A DNA stretch of 64,000 nt, taken from Pseudomonadota bacterium. Lineage in GTDB: Archaea; Thermoplasmatota; SW-10-69-26; JACQPN01; JAJPHT01. Shown in pieces: positions 8,315-17,134 of the stretch. Made by a program: the position numbers and the translations under genes. The stretch lies in contig JAJPHT010000029.1 of NCBI GenBank assembly GCA_021325135.1, positions 1 through 64,000 on the forward strand, given 5' to 3'. The notes under the pieces were generated by a model, which worked only from the letters and a program-made list of their open reading frames with translations, was not told where the DNA came from and ran no database searches. Each line of letters begins with the position of its first letter. The stretch's first letter is position 1.

Positions 8315-9091
8315 TCAGATCACCCCTTCCTTCGCGAGGGCCTTGGCAAGCTCCTCGGCCGCCGCCTCCAGGTTGTCGTTGGGCAGCATGATGCCCTTGC
8401 GGTCGCTCTTGGGCGCCTCGCTCTTGGGGCGCGCGAGGGTGGGCTTGATCTCGCCCGCGCCCAGGTCCGCCGCGCTGAACGTCCGCTTGGGCTTGTTCTT
8501 CGCCTGGAGGATCTGCATGAGGGCCGGCAGGCGCGGCGTGTTGAGGCTCTCCAGCACGGTGATCACGGCGGGGAGCGCCACCTCGACCTCCTCGATGCCC
8601 TCGTCCACCTCGCGCTCGGCCTTGAGCGTCTTGCCCTCCAGGCGCAGGTTGTCGGTGACGTAGGCGACGAGGGGCCAGCCCAGCTCCTCCGCGACGCGGG
8701 GGCCCGTCTGCCCCGAGTGCGAGTCGAGGGACTCCTCGGCCGCGATGACGAGGTCCACGTTGCCCATCTTCTTGACCGCCAGGGCCAGCAGGCGCGCCTT
8801 CTCGGCGGTGTCGGTGTGGGCGAAGGCCGCGTCGGTGAGCATGACGGCCTCGTCGCACCCCATGGCCAGGACCTCCTTCACGGACTCTTCCAGCTTCGCG
8901 CCGCCCAGGGAGAGGGCGAAGACCTTGGTCCCCGCGTTCTTCTCCTTGAGCTGCACGGCCGCCTCCACGGCGTTCTTGTCGTAGTCCGACACCTTGAGGC
9001 CCGCGGCGCTGAGATCCGGCGCTCCGTTGGGACCGATGCGCACCGCCTCGACGTCGGGCGACTGCTTGACGAGCGTCACGATGTTGACCAT
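8315..9091 (-). CDS. etfB: electron transfer flavoprotein beta subunit
   Basis: IVTLVKQSPD, DKNAVEAAVQLKE, LAMGCDEA, LPAVITV…NTPR. Confidence 0.95.
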   Translation of the reverse strand: MVNIVTLVKQSPDVEAVRIGPNGAPDLSAAGLKVSDYDKNAVEAAVQLKEKNAGTKVFALSLGGAKLEESVKEVLAMGCDEAVMLTDAAFAHTDTAEKARLLALAVKKMGNVDLVIAAEESLDSHSGQTGPRVAEELGWPLVAYVTDNLRLEGKTLKAEREVDEGIEEVEVALPAVITVLESLNTPRLPALMQILQAKNKPKRTFSAADLGAGEIKPTLARPKSEAPKSDRKGIMLPNDNLEAAAEELAKALAKEGVI

Positions 9092-9354
9092 GAGGTGGCC
9101 TCAGGCCGCGCGAACCCTCGCCGGGGTAAAAAGGGTTCGGCCAAGAAGGGGGCCCGGGGGGCTCGACCCCCTCGCGCGTTTTCTCGGGGGAAACCGGCCC
9201 CCGCCAGGTCCGCGCCTGGCGGCCGCCGCGCGGGCTCGGGCGCCGGGCGGCCATTGATATCAAACCAAAAGAGGACGGGGCCAAATCCTTGAAACGCTCC
9301 TGCGCGCCGCGCGTGCTCGTCGGCTCCCGAGAGGGCGCCGAGGAGTGACCCAAG

Positions 9355-9579
9355 ATGCCAGAGGACACCAGCAACCGGGGCCTTGCCAACGCGGACGAGA
9401 AAACGCGAGAGCGCGTCGCCAAGGCCGGCGGCGAGGCCGTGAGCCAAGACCGCGAGCACATGAGCGAGATCGGCCAGAAGGGCGGCGAGGCGGTCAGCCA
9501 GGACCGCGAGCACATGGCCGAGATCGGCAAGAAGGGCGGAGAGGCCCGGGGCGGCAACCCGCAGCAGGAAGAGGAGTGA
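9355..9579 (+). CDS. KGG-repeat general stress protein (YciG/GsiB/Em-like)
   Basis: RGLANAD…AKAGG plus two 18-aa GGEAVSQDREHMxEIGxK repeats (9427-9534). Confidence 0.9.
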   Translation: MPEDTSNRGLANADEKTRERVAKAGGEAVSQDREHMSEIGQKGGEAVSQDREHMAEIGKKGGEARGGNPQQEEE

Positions 9580-9757
9580 ACGGACTGCCCCGGCGGGGCC
9601 GGGCCTCAGCGCCCGGCCACGCGCGCGGGCAGCGCTTCGGCGTCCGACGCTGCGAGGAGGAAGATCGGGGCAAGGCTCTCTCCACGCTGCCTTGGGCCGC
9701 GAGGGTGAAGCCGCCCGCGCGCCGCACCCTTGGCGACGCCCGAGTCCGAGGAGCCTA

Positions 9758-10408
9758 CTAACGCCCGGCCTGCGTCGTCGCGGCGCCCTGCGAGGAGACG
9801 ATCTCGCCGAAGGCCAAGGTGCCGGTGACCTTGTCGATGCGCACGTTGTAGACGTTGCCCTTCTGGGCGCCCTTCACGAAGATGGTGAAGCGGTCGCGCC
9901 GCGCGATGCCGTCGCCGCGCTTGCCGTTGTCCTCGATCATGACCTCGTAGGTCTTGCCCTCGACGACGGCCTCCTCGGGCTTGACCGCCGCCTTCTTGGC
10001 GGCGCCCTTGATGGGCCGGTGCGCGCCGCACGCGTCGCACTTCAGGATGGTGGTGCGCTCCTCCTTCATGAGGTGCGTGTCGGGGCGGCCGCACTCGCCG
10101 CAGATGACGTACGTCTCGACGTACTTCTCCAGGCGGCCCTGCAGGTTGTCGGGGCTGACCTTGGCCTGGAGCACGAGGCGGCCGTCCTCGTAGCTGCCCG
10201 CCGTGCCGACCTCGCGCAGGAGGATGGGCACCAGGTGGTCGCTGGGGCGGTTGAGCCGGTCGAGGACCTCGCTCATGTTGCGCACGATGGTCATCTTGCC
10301 TTCCTGCAGGACGTCCATCTGGGGCATCACGAAGCGCTCGCCGGTCCCCACCTTCTCGGGCACCTTCGCGCGGGCGCGCTTGAGGAACGCGGCGTAGTCG
10401 TCGGGCAT
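9758..10408 (-). CDS. eif2b: translation initiation factor 2 beta subunit with C-terminal TRAM domain
   Basis: GERFVMP, YVICGECGRPDT, CDACGA zinc ribbon; TRAM 'GKRGDGIAR…IFVKG'. Confidence 0.95.
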   Translation of the reverse strand: MPDDYAAFLKRARAKVPEKVGTGERFVMPQMDVLQEGKMTIVRNMSEVLDRLNRPSDHLVPILLREVGTAGSYEDGRLVLQAKVSPDNLQGRLEKYVETYVICGECGRPDTHLMKEERTTILKCDACGAHRPIKGAAKKAAVKPEEAVVEGKTYEVMIEDNGKRGDGIARRDRFTIFVKGAQKGNVYNVRIDKVTGTLAFGEIVSSQGAATTQAGR

Positions 10409-10485
10409 GAGGCGCCCACGGAGGGTCCGCGGGATAAAGCTTCGCTGTCGGTCCCGCTCTCTCGTCACATCTCGAGCCCTGGTCC

Positions 10486-10576
10486 GGGGGCTCCGCCCCG
10501 TTTGATCTCCGAATCTCAGAATCCCCGCCGGAGATTCGGCGATTCGGAGATTCGGGGACCCTGGGGCGGAGCCCCC
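10486..10576. repeat. REP/MITE-like inverted repeat with internal 8-nt tandem repeats
   Basis: GGGGGCTCCGCCCC (10486-10499) / GGGGCGGAGCCCCC (10563-10576); inner ATCTCCGA-type units face CGGAGATT units. Confidence 0.8.
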
Positions 10577-10609
10577 ACGAGACACCCGGGAAAAAGAGAA
10601 GGAAAGGGC

Positions 10610-11074
10610 TCACGCCAGCGTCGGGTCGCACGCCAGGACGACGACGCGCCCGTCGCGGGTCACCTGGGCGCACGCCGCGCCGGTGGAGTCGTGCGTCGTG
10701 CACGCCTGGACCTCGGTCAGGGGGATGCCCCAGGTGGGCGTGCAGACGTCGCCCGCGGAGAGGGAGGCGGCCGGCGGGCAGAGGATGGTCACGGGCTTGC
10801 CGGGGCCCACCCAGGCGTAGAGGCACTTCGTGGCGGGGTCCTGGCAGACGCCGAACGACTCGATGAGCGCGGCCGTGCACACGGGGGGCGCGCAGGTGGT
10901 CCGCGCCGAGGGGCCCAGGAAGAGCGTGACGCACTCGCCGGGCCCGATGCAGAGCGACACCGACTCGATGACGTTCGTGGTGCAGATCGGCAGGAGGGAG
11001 CCGCTGGCCTGCGCGGGCGCGGCGGGGAGAAGGACCAGGAGCAGGGGGACGACGAGGAGCGCGGGGGCACGCAT
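10610..11074 (-). CDS. secreted Cys-rich protein with three 4-Cys repeats
   Basis: Signal peptide MRAPALLVVPLLLVLLPAAPAQA; 12 Cys in the mature part. Confidence 0.75.
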   Translation of the reverse strand: MRAPALLVVPLLLVLLPAAPAQASGSLLPICTTNVIESVSLCIGPGECVTLFLGPSARTTCAPPVCTAALIESFGVCQDPATKCLYAWVGPGKPVTILCPPAASLSAGDVCTPTWGIPLTEVQACTTHDSTGAACAQVTRDGRVVVLACDPTLA

Positions 11075-11150
11075 GCGGCCCTGCCACCGCGCGGGGGCCT
11101 CTTGACGCCTCCCGCGGCGCAGCCGAAGCGCGGCAGCGGCTGCGCTGGAG

Positions 11151-11185
11151 GAGAAAGAGAATAAGAAAGGGCGCGAGGCGCGCCC
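11151..11185 (-). terminator. hairpin plus U-rich tract after the coiled-coil gene
   Basis: Minus strand reads GGGCGCG-cct-CGCGCCC followed by TTTCTTATTCTCTTTCTC. Confidence 0.55.
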
Positions 11186-11192
11186 CAAGGGA

Positions 11193-12092
11193 CTACAGCG
11201 AGATCTTGCCGCCAGCGAGGAGGGCCTTCATGGCGTCGTCGGCCTTGTCCTCGAGCTTGGCCTCGTCGAAGAGGTTCTCGCGGGCCTCCTTGTTGGCGCC
11301 CTGGATCTCGGCGCGGCGCTCGCCGTAGGCCTTGGCGCGCGCCTCGCGGAGCTTCTCGACCTCGCCGCGCAGGGACATGGCCTTCGTGTGGAACTCGTCG
11401 GCCTCCTTGCGCAGCGCGATGTAGCCCTGGTGCTTCTCGTCGCTCTTGGCGTCGAGGAACTTCAGCTGGTCGAGCACGGGCCCGATCTGGTCGTGGAGGG
11501 CCTGCCCCTCGTTGGAGAGCTCGACGACGCGCTTGTGGGCCTCGTCCGCCATGCGGAAGAGCTCGTCGATCTTCGCGTCGATGTCCTTGACGTCCGCGAG
11601 CAGCTTGGCCTCCTCGGCGTAGACGAGCTTGGCGGCCTCCATCTCCTTGCGCTTGGCCTTGATCTTGTCCAGGAGCTCGTTCTCCTTGGCCACCGTCATG
11701 ACGGTGGTCTCCTGGGTGCGCTCCATGGCCTTGATCTCGTTCTCCAGCGAGCGGATGAGCCCCGCGTTGCCGCCCGAGCCGTCCTTGCGCATCTTGCGCT
11801 TGTTCTCGATGAGGGCCTTCGCCTGGCGCTGGAACTCGTTGCGCTTCTCCTTCTCCTCGCGCGCCGCCGCGTTGCGGGCGTCGCGCTCGGTCTGGAGCCG
11901 GCGCATCTCGGAGACGAGCGTCTTCTTCTGCTCGTTGAGGGCGTCGCGCTCGTCGCGGGCCTCGCGGGCCTGGTCGTTGAGCTCGTTCCGGCGCTCGATG
12001 AGCCTCCGGAAGTCCTTCTCCGCGTTGCGGAGGTCGCCCTGGGGCTGGTTGTTCGCGCCGTCTTCCATCTGGGTGTTCGTCTGCTCGGTCAT
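11193..12092 (-). CDS. archaeal long coiled-coil protein (COG1340-like)
   Basis: Almost entirely E/K/R/A-rich helix; 'QETTVMT..KENEL', 'ADEAH', C-terminal 'GGKISL'. Confidence 0.8.
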   Translation of the reverse strand: MTEQTNTQMEDGANNQPQGDLRNAEKDFRRLIERRNELNDQAREARDERDALNEQKKTLVSEMRRLQTERDARNAAAREEKEKRNEFQRQAKALIENKRKMRKDGSGGNAGLIRSLENEIKAMERTQETTVMTVAKENELLDKIKAKRKEMEAAKLVYAEEAKLLADVKDIDAKIDELFRMADEAHKRVVELSNEGQALHDQIGPVLDQLKFLDAKSDEKHQGYIALRKEADEFHTKAMSLRGEVEKLREARAKAYGERRAEIQGANKEARENLFDEAKLEDKADDAMKALLAGGKISL

Positions 12093-12093
12093 G

Positions 12094-12822
12094 TCACGCC
12101 CTCCGTGCCTCGCTTGGGGCTTGGCCCTGAAGCATGGATTCGCCGGGGCTTTCGCGCGCCCTGGCCACGCGGTTCGCGATCTGTGCGGCGCACAGGCCCG
12201 CCACGGTGCCCGCGTCGACGTTGACGCAGAGCAGCGGGCTGCACGCCTGGAGCATGGTGAGGAGAGCGGCCTCGCCGCGGCCCCCCATGCCGTACCCGGT
12301 GGACACCGGGAGCCCGATGACCGGCCGATCGACGAGGCCGGCCACCACGGGACCCAGAGCGCCTTCGCGCCCCGCGGCCACGATGACGACGTCCGCCCAT
12401 TCGTTGGCGGCGTCCAATTCCGGAAAGAGCCTGTGGAGGCCCGCGACCCCCACGTCCGCGACGACGCGCGCCTCGCAGCCGAGCTCCTCGGCCACGATGC
12501 GCGCCTCCTGCGCGACGGGGACGTCCGCGGTGCCGGCGGCCAGGACGAGGACCCTGCCGCCCGTCCTGGGCGGCGACGATCCCTTCCGGGCCACGACGAG
12601 GAAGCGCGCTGCGTCCGAGTAGACGAGGTCCACGCCCTCCAGGCCGTCGAAGAGGGCCAGGCGCTCCGGGGCGAGGCGCGACACGAGGACGCGCTCCTTC
12701 TGCTCCGCGAACGCCCGCACGATGGCCACCAGGTGGTCGTCGCGCTTCCCCTCCGCGAGGACGACCTCGGGCATGCCCGTGCGGGCCTCCCGTGCCAGGT
12801 CGAGCTTCGCGAAGTCGGACAC
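12094..12822 (-). CDS. larB: nickel-pincer cofactor biosynthesis protein LarB (PurE-like)
   Basis: FAKLDLAREARTGMPEVVLAEGK, AGTADVPVAQEA, DVGVAGLHR, PVSTGYG, VNVDAG. Confidence 0.92.
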   Translation of the reverse strand: MSDFAKLDLAREARTGMPEVVLAEGKRDDHLVAIVRAFAEQKERVLVSRLAPERLALFDGLEGVDLVYSDAARFLVVARKGSSPPRTGGRVLVLAAGTADVPVAQEARIVAEELGCEARVVADVGVAGLHRLFPELDAANEWADVVIVAAGREGALGPVVAGLVDRPVIGLPVSTGYGMGGRGEAALLTMLQACSPLLCVNVDAGTVAGLCAAQIANRVARARESPGESMLQGQAPSEARRA

Positions 12823-12867
12823 CCTCAAGAAAAGCCTCTCCGGGGGTAGCCGGGCTATCCCCCCCTC

Positions 12868-12925
12868 AGTTATAAGCATTTGGGCGGCCCCGAGTCTGCG
12901 GCAAGGCCGCAAAAGGTATTTGTCC
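12868..12925. promoter_or_regulatory. divergent promoter region (TATA-like boxes) between larB and the B12-binding gene
   Basis: TTATAAG at 12870-12876 and AAAAGG-TATTTG ~24 nt before ATG 12946 in otherwise GC-rich DNA. Confidence 0.5.
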
Positions 12926-12945
12926 GCCTCGGGGCTCGCGCGGCC

Positions 12946-13353
12946 ATGACGGAGCGGAAGATCCGGGTCCTGGTCGCCAAGCCGGGATTGGATGGTCACG
13001 ACCGCGGCGCGAAGGTCATCGCCCGCGCGCTGCGCGACGCCGGCATGGAGGTCATCTACACGGGGCTCCGCCAGACGCCCGAGCAGGTGGCCGAGGCCGC
13101 GGTGCAGGAGGACGTGGACGTGGTCGCGCTCTCGCTTCTCTCGGGCGCCCACATGACGCTCATGCCCAGGGTGGTGGAGCTTCTCCGCCAGAAGGACGCC
13201 TCGGACATCGTGGTCCTGGGCGGCGGCGTGATCCCGCCCGACGACGCGGCGGAGCTGAAGAAGCGCGGCGTGCGCGAGATCTTCGGCCCCGGCACGCCCA
13301 CCGACGTCATCGTGGACTACGTGCGGAAGGCCGCCGCCGCGCGCGCGGCGTGA
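12946..13353 (+). CDS. cobalamin-binding domain protein (acyl-CoA mutase small subunit)
   Basis: [12 protein letters not shown] (DxHxxG), SLLSGAH, GGVIP, IFGPGT. Confidence 0.95.
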   Translation: MTERKIRVLVAKPGLDGHDRGAKVIARALRDAGMEVIYTGLRQTPEQVAEAAVQEDVDVVALSLLSGAHMTLMPRVVELLRQKDASDIVVLGGGVIPPDDAAELKKRGVREIFGPGTPTDVIVDYVRKAAAARAA

Positions 13354-14279
13354 TGGCGATGCTCCCCCGCGAGGGCGCCGCGCTGGCCGAGAGGGTCCTC
13401 CAGGGGGACCGCCGCGCCGTGGCGCGCGCCATCACCCTCGTGGAATCGCGGGACCCTGAGGGGCGCGCGCTCATGGCGGCGCTCTACCCGCGCACGGGGC
13501 GCGCCGCGGTCGTGGGCGTGACGGGGCCTCCCGGCTCGGGGAAGAGCACGCTGGTGGATCGCCTCATCGAGCACCACCGCAAGGCGGGGCGCACCGTGGG
13601 CGTCATCGCGGTGGACCCCAGCAGCCCCTTCACGGGGGGCGCGCTCCTGGGCGATCGCGTGCGCATGGAGAAGCGCGCGACGGACCCCGACGTCTTCATC
13701 CGCAGCATGGCCACCCGCGGGCACCTGGGCGGGCTCTCCCGCGCGGCGGCGGACGCGGCGCGCATCCTCGACGCGTCGAGCAAGGACGTCGTCCTCGTGG
13801 AGACGGTGGGCGTCGGCCAGGCCGAGGTCGACGTCGTGCGTCTCGCGGAGACGGTGCTCGTCGTCGCCGTGCCCGGCATGGGCGACGAGATCCAGAACAT
13901 CAAGGCGGGCCTCATGGAGATCGGCGACGTGTTCGTCGTCAACAAGGCCGACCGCGAAGGCGCGGACCGCACCGTCGCGGAGCTTCAGGCGTGGCTGGAG
14001 CACTCGGCCGCGGGGTGGTCGCCCCCGGTCGTGCGCACCGTGGCCGCCACGGGGCAGGGCGTCGAGGAGCTGGCGGGCGAGATCGGGAAGCACCGCGAGT
14101 GGCTCCTCGCGCACGGGGGCATGGAGGCCAAGCGCCGCCAGCAGGCCGAGGCGGAGCTGCTGGACGCCGCGGGCGAGGCCGCCGTGCGCGCCGCGCGGGC
14201 GAGCCCGCGATATCAAAAGGCCGTGGAGGCCGTGGCGCGCCGCGAGGCGGACCCCTACACGGCGCTGGGCGAGCTGTAG
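13353..14279 (+). CDS. meaB: methylmalonyl-CoA mutase-associated GTPase
   Basis: GPPGSGKST, VDPSSPFTGGALLGDRVRM, ETVGVGQ, KAGLMEI..VNKAD. Confidence 0.95.
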   Translation: MAMLPREGAALAERVLQGDRRAVARAITLVESRDPEGRALMAALYPRTGRAAVVGVTGPPGSGKSTLVDRLIEHHRKAGRTVGVIAVDPSSPFTGGALLGDRVRMEKRATDPDVFIRSMATRGHLGGLSRAAADAARILDASSKDVVLVETVGVGQAEVDVVRLAETVLVVAVPGMGDEIQNIKAGLMEIGDVFVVNKADREGADRTVAELQAWLEHSAAGWSPPVVRTVAATGQGVEELAGEIGKHREWLLAHGGMEAKRRQQAEAELLDAAGEAAVRAARASPRYQKAVEAVARREADPYTALGEL

Positions 14280-15387
14280 GTCCAGCGCTCGGCGCCGGTC
14301 CAGTTGAGGGCGAGCCCCACGAGGACGCCCGCCGCCGCGGCGGCCAGGGCGGACGCGCCCAGGGCGAGGAGGCCCGCGTCGCAGGCGAGGTACGCGGCGG
14401 TGGAGGCCAGCGTCACGACGTGCCAGCGGGCGAGGCGCGAGAGGAAGGGGCGCGACGCGCGGCGGTCGCGGAAGGTGAGCGCGTCGTTCCACGCGAAGTT
14501 CCACAGCACGGCGATCTCCCGCGCCGCGAGGCTCGCCGCCAGGGCGAGAAGCGCGCCCGCGCCGGCGAGCCAGCGCTGCGCCAGCGCGAGGGGCGCGAGG
14601 TTGACGAGGACGCCCGAGAGGCCCACGAGGGCGAAGCGCGCGAAGCGGCGGTTGCGCGGCTCGCGGCGCGCCAGCGAGGCGAGGTGCGCGAGGTAGGCGC
14701 CCACCACGCGGCCGCCCAGCTTGGAGGCGCCCGAGGCGCGCGGCGCGAAGCGGAAGGGGACCTCGACGACGCGGCGCGGCTGCGCGGCCACGAGCAGCTC
14801 CAGGAGGATCTTGTAGCCGCGCGGGCTCATGCGCTCCAGCGGAGGCAGCGACGAGGCGCGCGCGAGGAAGAAGCCCGACATGGGGTCGCGCAGGCGCGCG
14901 CGGCGCACGGTGGGCAGCGCGAGGCGCGCGAGAAGCGTCGCGCCCCCGGAGGCGACGAGGCGCGCGCGGGAGAGCCCATCGTCCTCGCCGCCCGCGACGC
15001 GGCGGGACGCGATGGCGACGTCCGCCTCGGTGGAGGCCGCGGCGTCCAGGAGCAGCGGCAGCGCCTCGGGCGGGTGCTGGCCGTCGGCGTCCATGACGGC
15101 GACGAACTCGCCCCGCGCGGCGCGCAGGCCCGCCATGACGGCGGTGGCGAGGCCCCGCTCGCCCACGCGGCGCAGGACGCGGACGCAGGGGTCGCGCGCG
15201 GCGCGGCGCTCCGCCACACGCCAGGTGCCGTCGGGCGAATCGTCGTCACCACGACGACCTCGTGCGGGACGTCCGCCAGCGCGACGCCGATGCGGTCGAG
15301 CACGTCGCCCAGCCCTTCGGCCTCGTTGTAGGTGGGCAGGATGACGGAGAGGCGCGGCGGAGCCTGCCGGGTAGATGGATGTCCCAA
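14255..15387 (-). pseudogene. GT2 polyprenol-phosphate glycosyltransferase fused to a GtrA domain, interrupted by a 1-nt deletion (pseudogene or assembly error)
   Basis: SVILPTYNEA…HEVVVV in one frame; DDDSPDGT, MDADGQHPP, DPMSGFF, GYKILLE and GtrA 'RFALVG…WNFAWNDALTF' in another; junction at ~15248. Confidence 0.85.
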
Positions 15388-15511
15388 CAGCGCCCCCGAA
15401 GCCTCGCCCATGCGCGGGCGAAGGGATGGGCCTCACATGAAGAGCGCGCTGGCGCTCGCTCCAGGCTGCATCGGAGCAATTCTCTCATAGGCCTCGCGCG
15501 CATGCGCGCGC

Positions 15512-16144
15512 GTGCGAGCCCTGCTGCTCTCGGACGCCGGCGGCGCATCCCTGGTGAGCGCCGCCGTCGCCGCGCTGGTGGTGATCTTCCTCACGCTCCC
15601 TATGGTCTTCCTCCTGGCGGAGCACGCCCAGCGCCGGCGCCAGCGGAGCCCGAGCGCCGAGGCGATCCTCGTGGCGAAGCCCAAGCCCGCGCGTGGCCCC
15701 AAGGGGATCGAGATCGTCTCCTCGGCGACGCTCCCCCACGACTTCGAGGACGAGCCGCTGCCCCGCACCCTGGGCCACGTGCCGCCCGACGCCGTGGTGC
15801 AAGGCCCCCTGGAGTTCGGCGGCCACCTCCAGGTGGGCGAGCGCGCCGTCGTGCGCGGCGGCATCGTGGCGCGCGGCAGCGTGGCCCTGGCGCCGGACGC
15901 GGTGGTGGAGGGCCCCGTGGAGACGGGCGGCCACCTGCACGTCGGGCGCTCGGCGCGCATCGTCGGCGCGGCCCGCGCCGCGGGGGACGTCCGGTGCCGC
16001 GCGTTCGCGCGCGTGGGCGGCGTCGCGGCGGGGGGCCGCCTCGTCCTCATGGAGGGCGCGGCAGTGGAAGGGGGGCTGGAGGCCTCAGAGGTCGAGCGCC
16101 CGCTCCAGCCCGATCGCGATCTTGCGGGCCTGCCCCTCGCCTGA
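15512..16144 (+). CDS. membrane-anchored bactofilin-like (polymer-forming cytoskeletal) beta-helix protein
   Basis: N-terminal TM, then ~17-aa repeats VVQGPL..GGHLQVG / VVRGGI..RGSVAL / VVEGPV..GGHLHVG. Confidence 0.7.
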   Translation: MRALLLSDAGGASLVSAAVAALVVIFLTLPMVFLLAEHAQRRRQRSPSAEAILVAKPKPARGPKGIEIVSSATLPHDFEDEPLPRTLGHVPPDAVVQGPLEFGGHLQVGERAVVRGGIVARGSVALAPDAVVEGPVETGGHLHVGRSARIVGAARAAGDVRCRAFARVGGVAAGGRLVLMEGAAVEGGLEASEVERPLQPDRDLAGLPLA

Positions 16145-17008
16145 GGGCGCGTCCCCGCGCGCGACGCGCAGCGAGCGCCCCGCGGCGGCGGGAGCCAGGA
16201 GGCGCGCGCCCTGCATGACCTCGATGTCGCCCGTGGCCTCGATGCCGAAGGGCACTCGCGCGCCGGCCTCGACGCGCACGTCGCCCGTCACGCGCAGCAC
16301 GGCCTCGCGCCGCAGCAGGGGGGCCGTTCCGCTGGCGCGGACGACGATGGGCCCCGCGAGGCGAAGCTCCCCCTCGAAGGAGGCGTCGTCGGGGATGGCC
16401 AAGGGGCCGGCGGGCGCGCGCGCCGCGGGCGTCGCCACGGAGTCTCGCGCGCGGATGCGCCCCTGCACGAGGGCGCCGGGCTCCAGGCGCAGGGTGCGCG
16501 CCTCGGCGCCGCGCTCGACGCGCGCGCGGGCCTGCACGTGGAGCGCGCGCCCGCAGGCGACGCGGCCGCGAACGCGCGCGCCCTCGCCCACCTCCACGTC
16601 GTGGAGCGCCTGCACGTCCCCCTCCAGCGCGCAGCCCGCGTGGAGGCGCGCGGAGGCGCACGTCACGTCGGCGCGCAGCGAGGCGCCAGGAGCCATCTCG
16701 AAATCGCCCGCGACCTCCAGGCGCGCGGGGTCCACCGGGACGGCGAGGCGCTCGGAGAGGCGCAGGATGGTGGCGCGCGCGGCGTCGCGGCGCGGGTGGA
16801 GGCGCGTCTCCAGCGAGACCTCGTAGCCGGCGTCCGCGAGCGCGCGGGCGAGGCGCTCCGCCTCCGCGGGCGGCAGCGTGGTCTCTGCCACGGGCTCCGT
16901 GCGCGCGAGCACGCGCACGCGGCCGGGAAGGGAGAGCGCGCCGTGGAGCACGATCCCCGAAGGAAGATCCGTCCACGCCTCGCTCCTGGCGTCTTCCGTG
17001 CCTGACAC
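16085..17008 (-). CDS. soluble bactofilin-like beta-helix repeat protein
   Basis: Repeats LEGDVQALHDVEVGEGARVRGRV, LVQGRIRA, VTGDVRVEAGARV..GIEATGDIEV; start codon uncertain. Confidence 0.6.
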   Translation of the reverse strand: MSGTEDARSEAWTDLPSGIVLHGALSLPGRVRVLARTEPVAETTLPPAEAERLARALADAGYEVSLETRLHPRRDAARATILRLSERLAVPVDPARLEVAGDFEMAPGASLRADVTCASARLHAGCALEGDVQALHDVEVGEGARVRGRVACGRALHVQARARVERGAEARTLRLEPGALVQGRIRARDSVATPAARAPAGPLAIPDDASFEGELRLAGPIVVRASGTAPLLRREAVLRVTGDVRVEAGARVPFGIEATGDIEVMQGARLLAPAAAGRSLRVARGDAPSGEGQARKIAIGLERALDL

Positions 17009-17134
17009 TCTGGCTTCCCCGACCGTGCTCGAGGGCGGGAACGATAAGGAGATCGTCCCCGCACCCTCTTGGGGCCACGGCGGGTTGGCGAAGAGGATTT
17101 GTCCTGGACGACGTTTCGGGGCCGGGGAAGCTCC

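Noticed and set aside
10500-10560. Possible CRISPR mini-array
   Set aside because: Units are 8 nt without spacers, and there are no cas genes.
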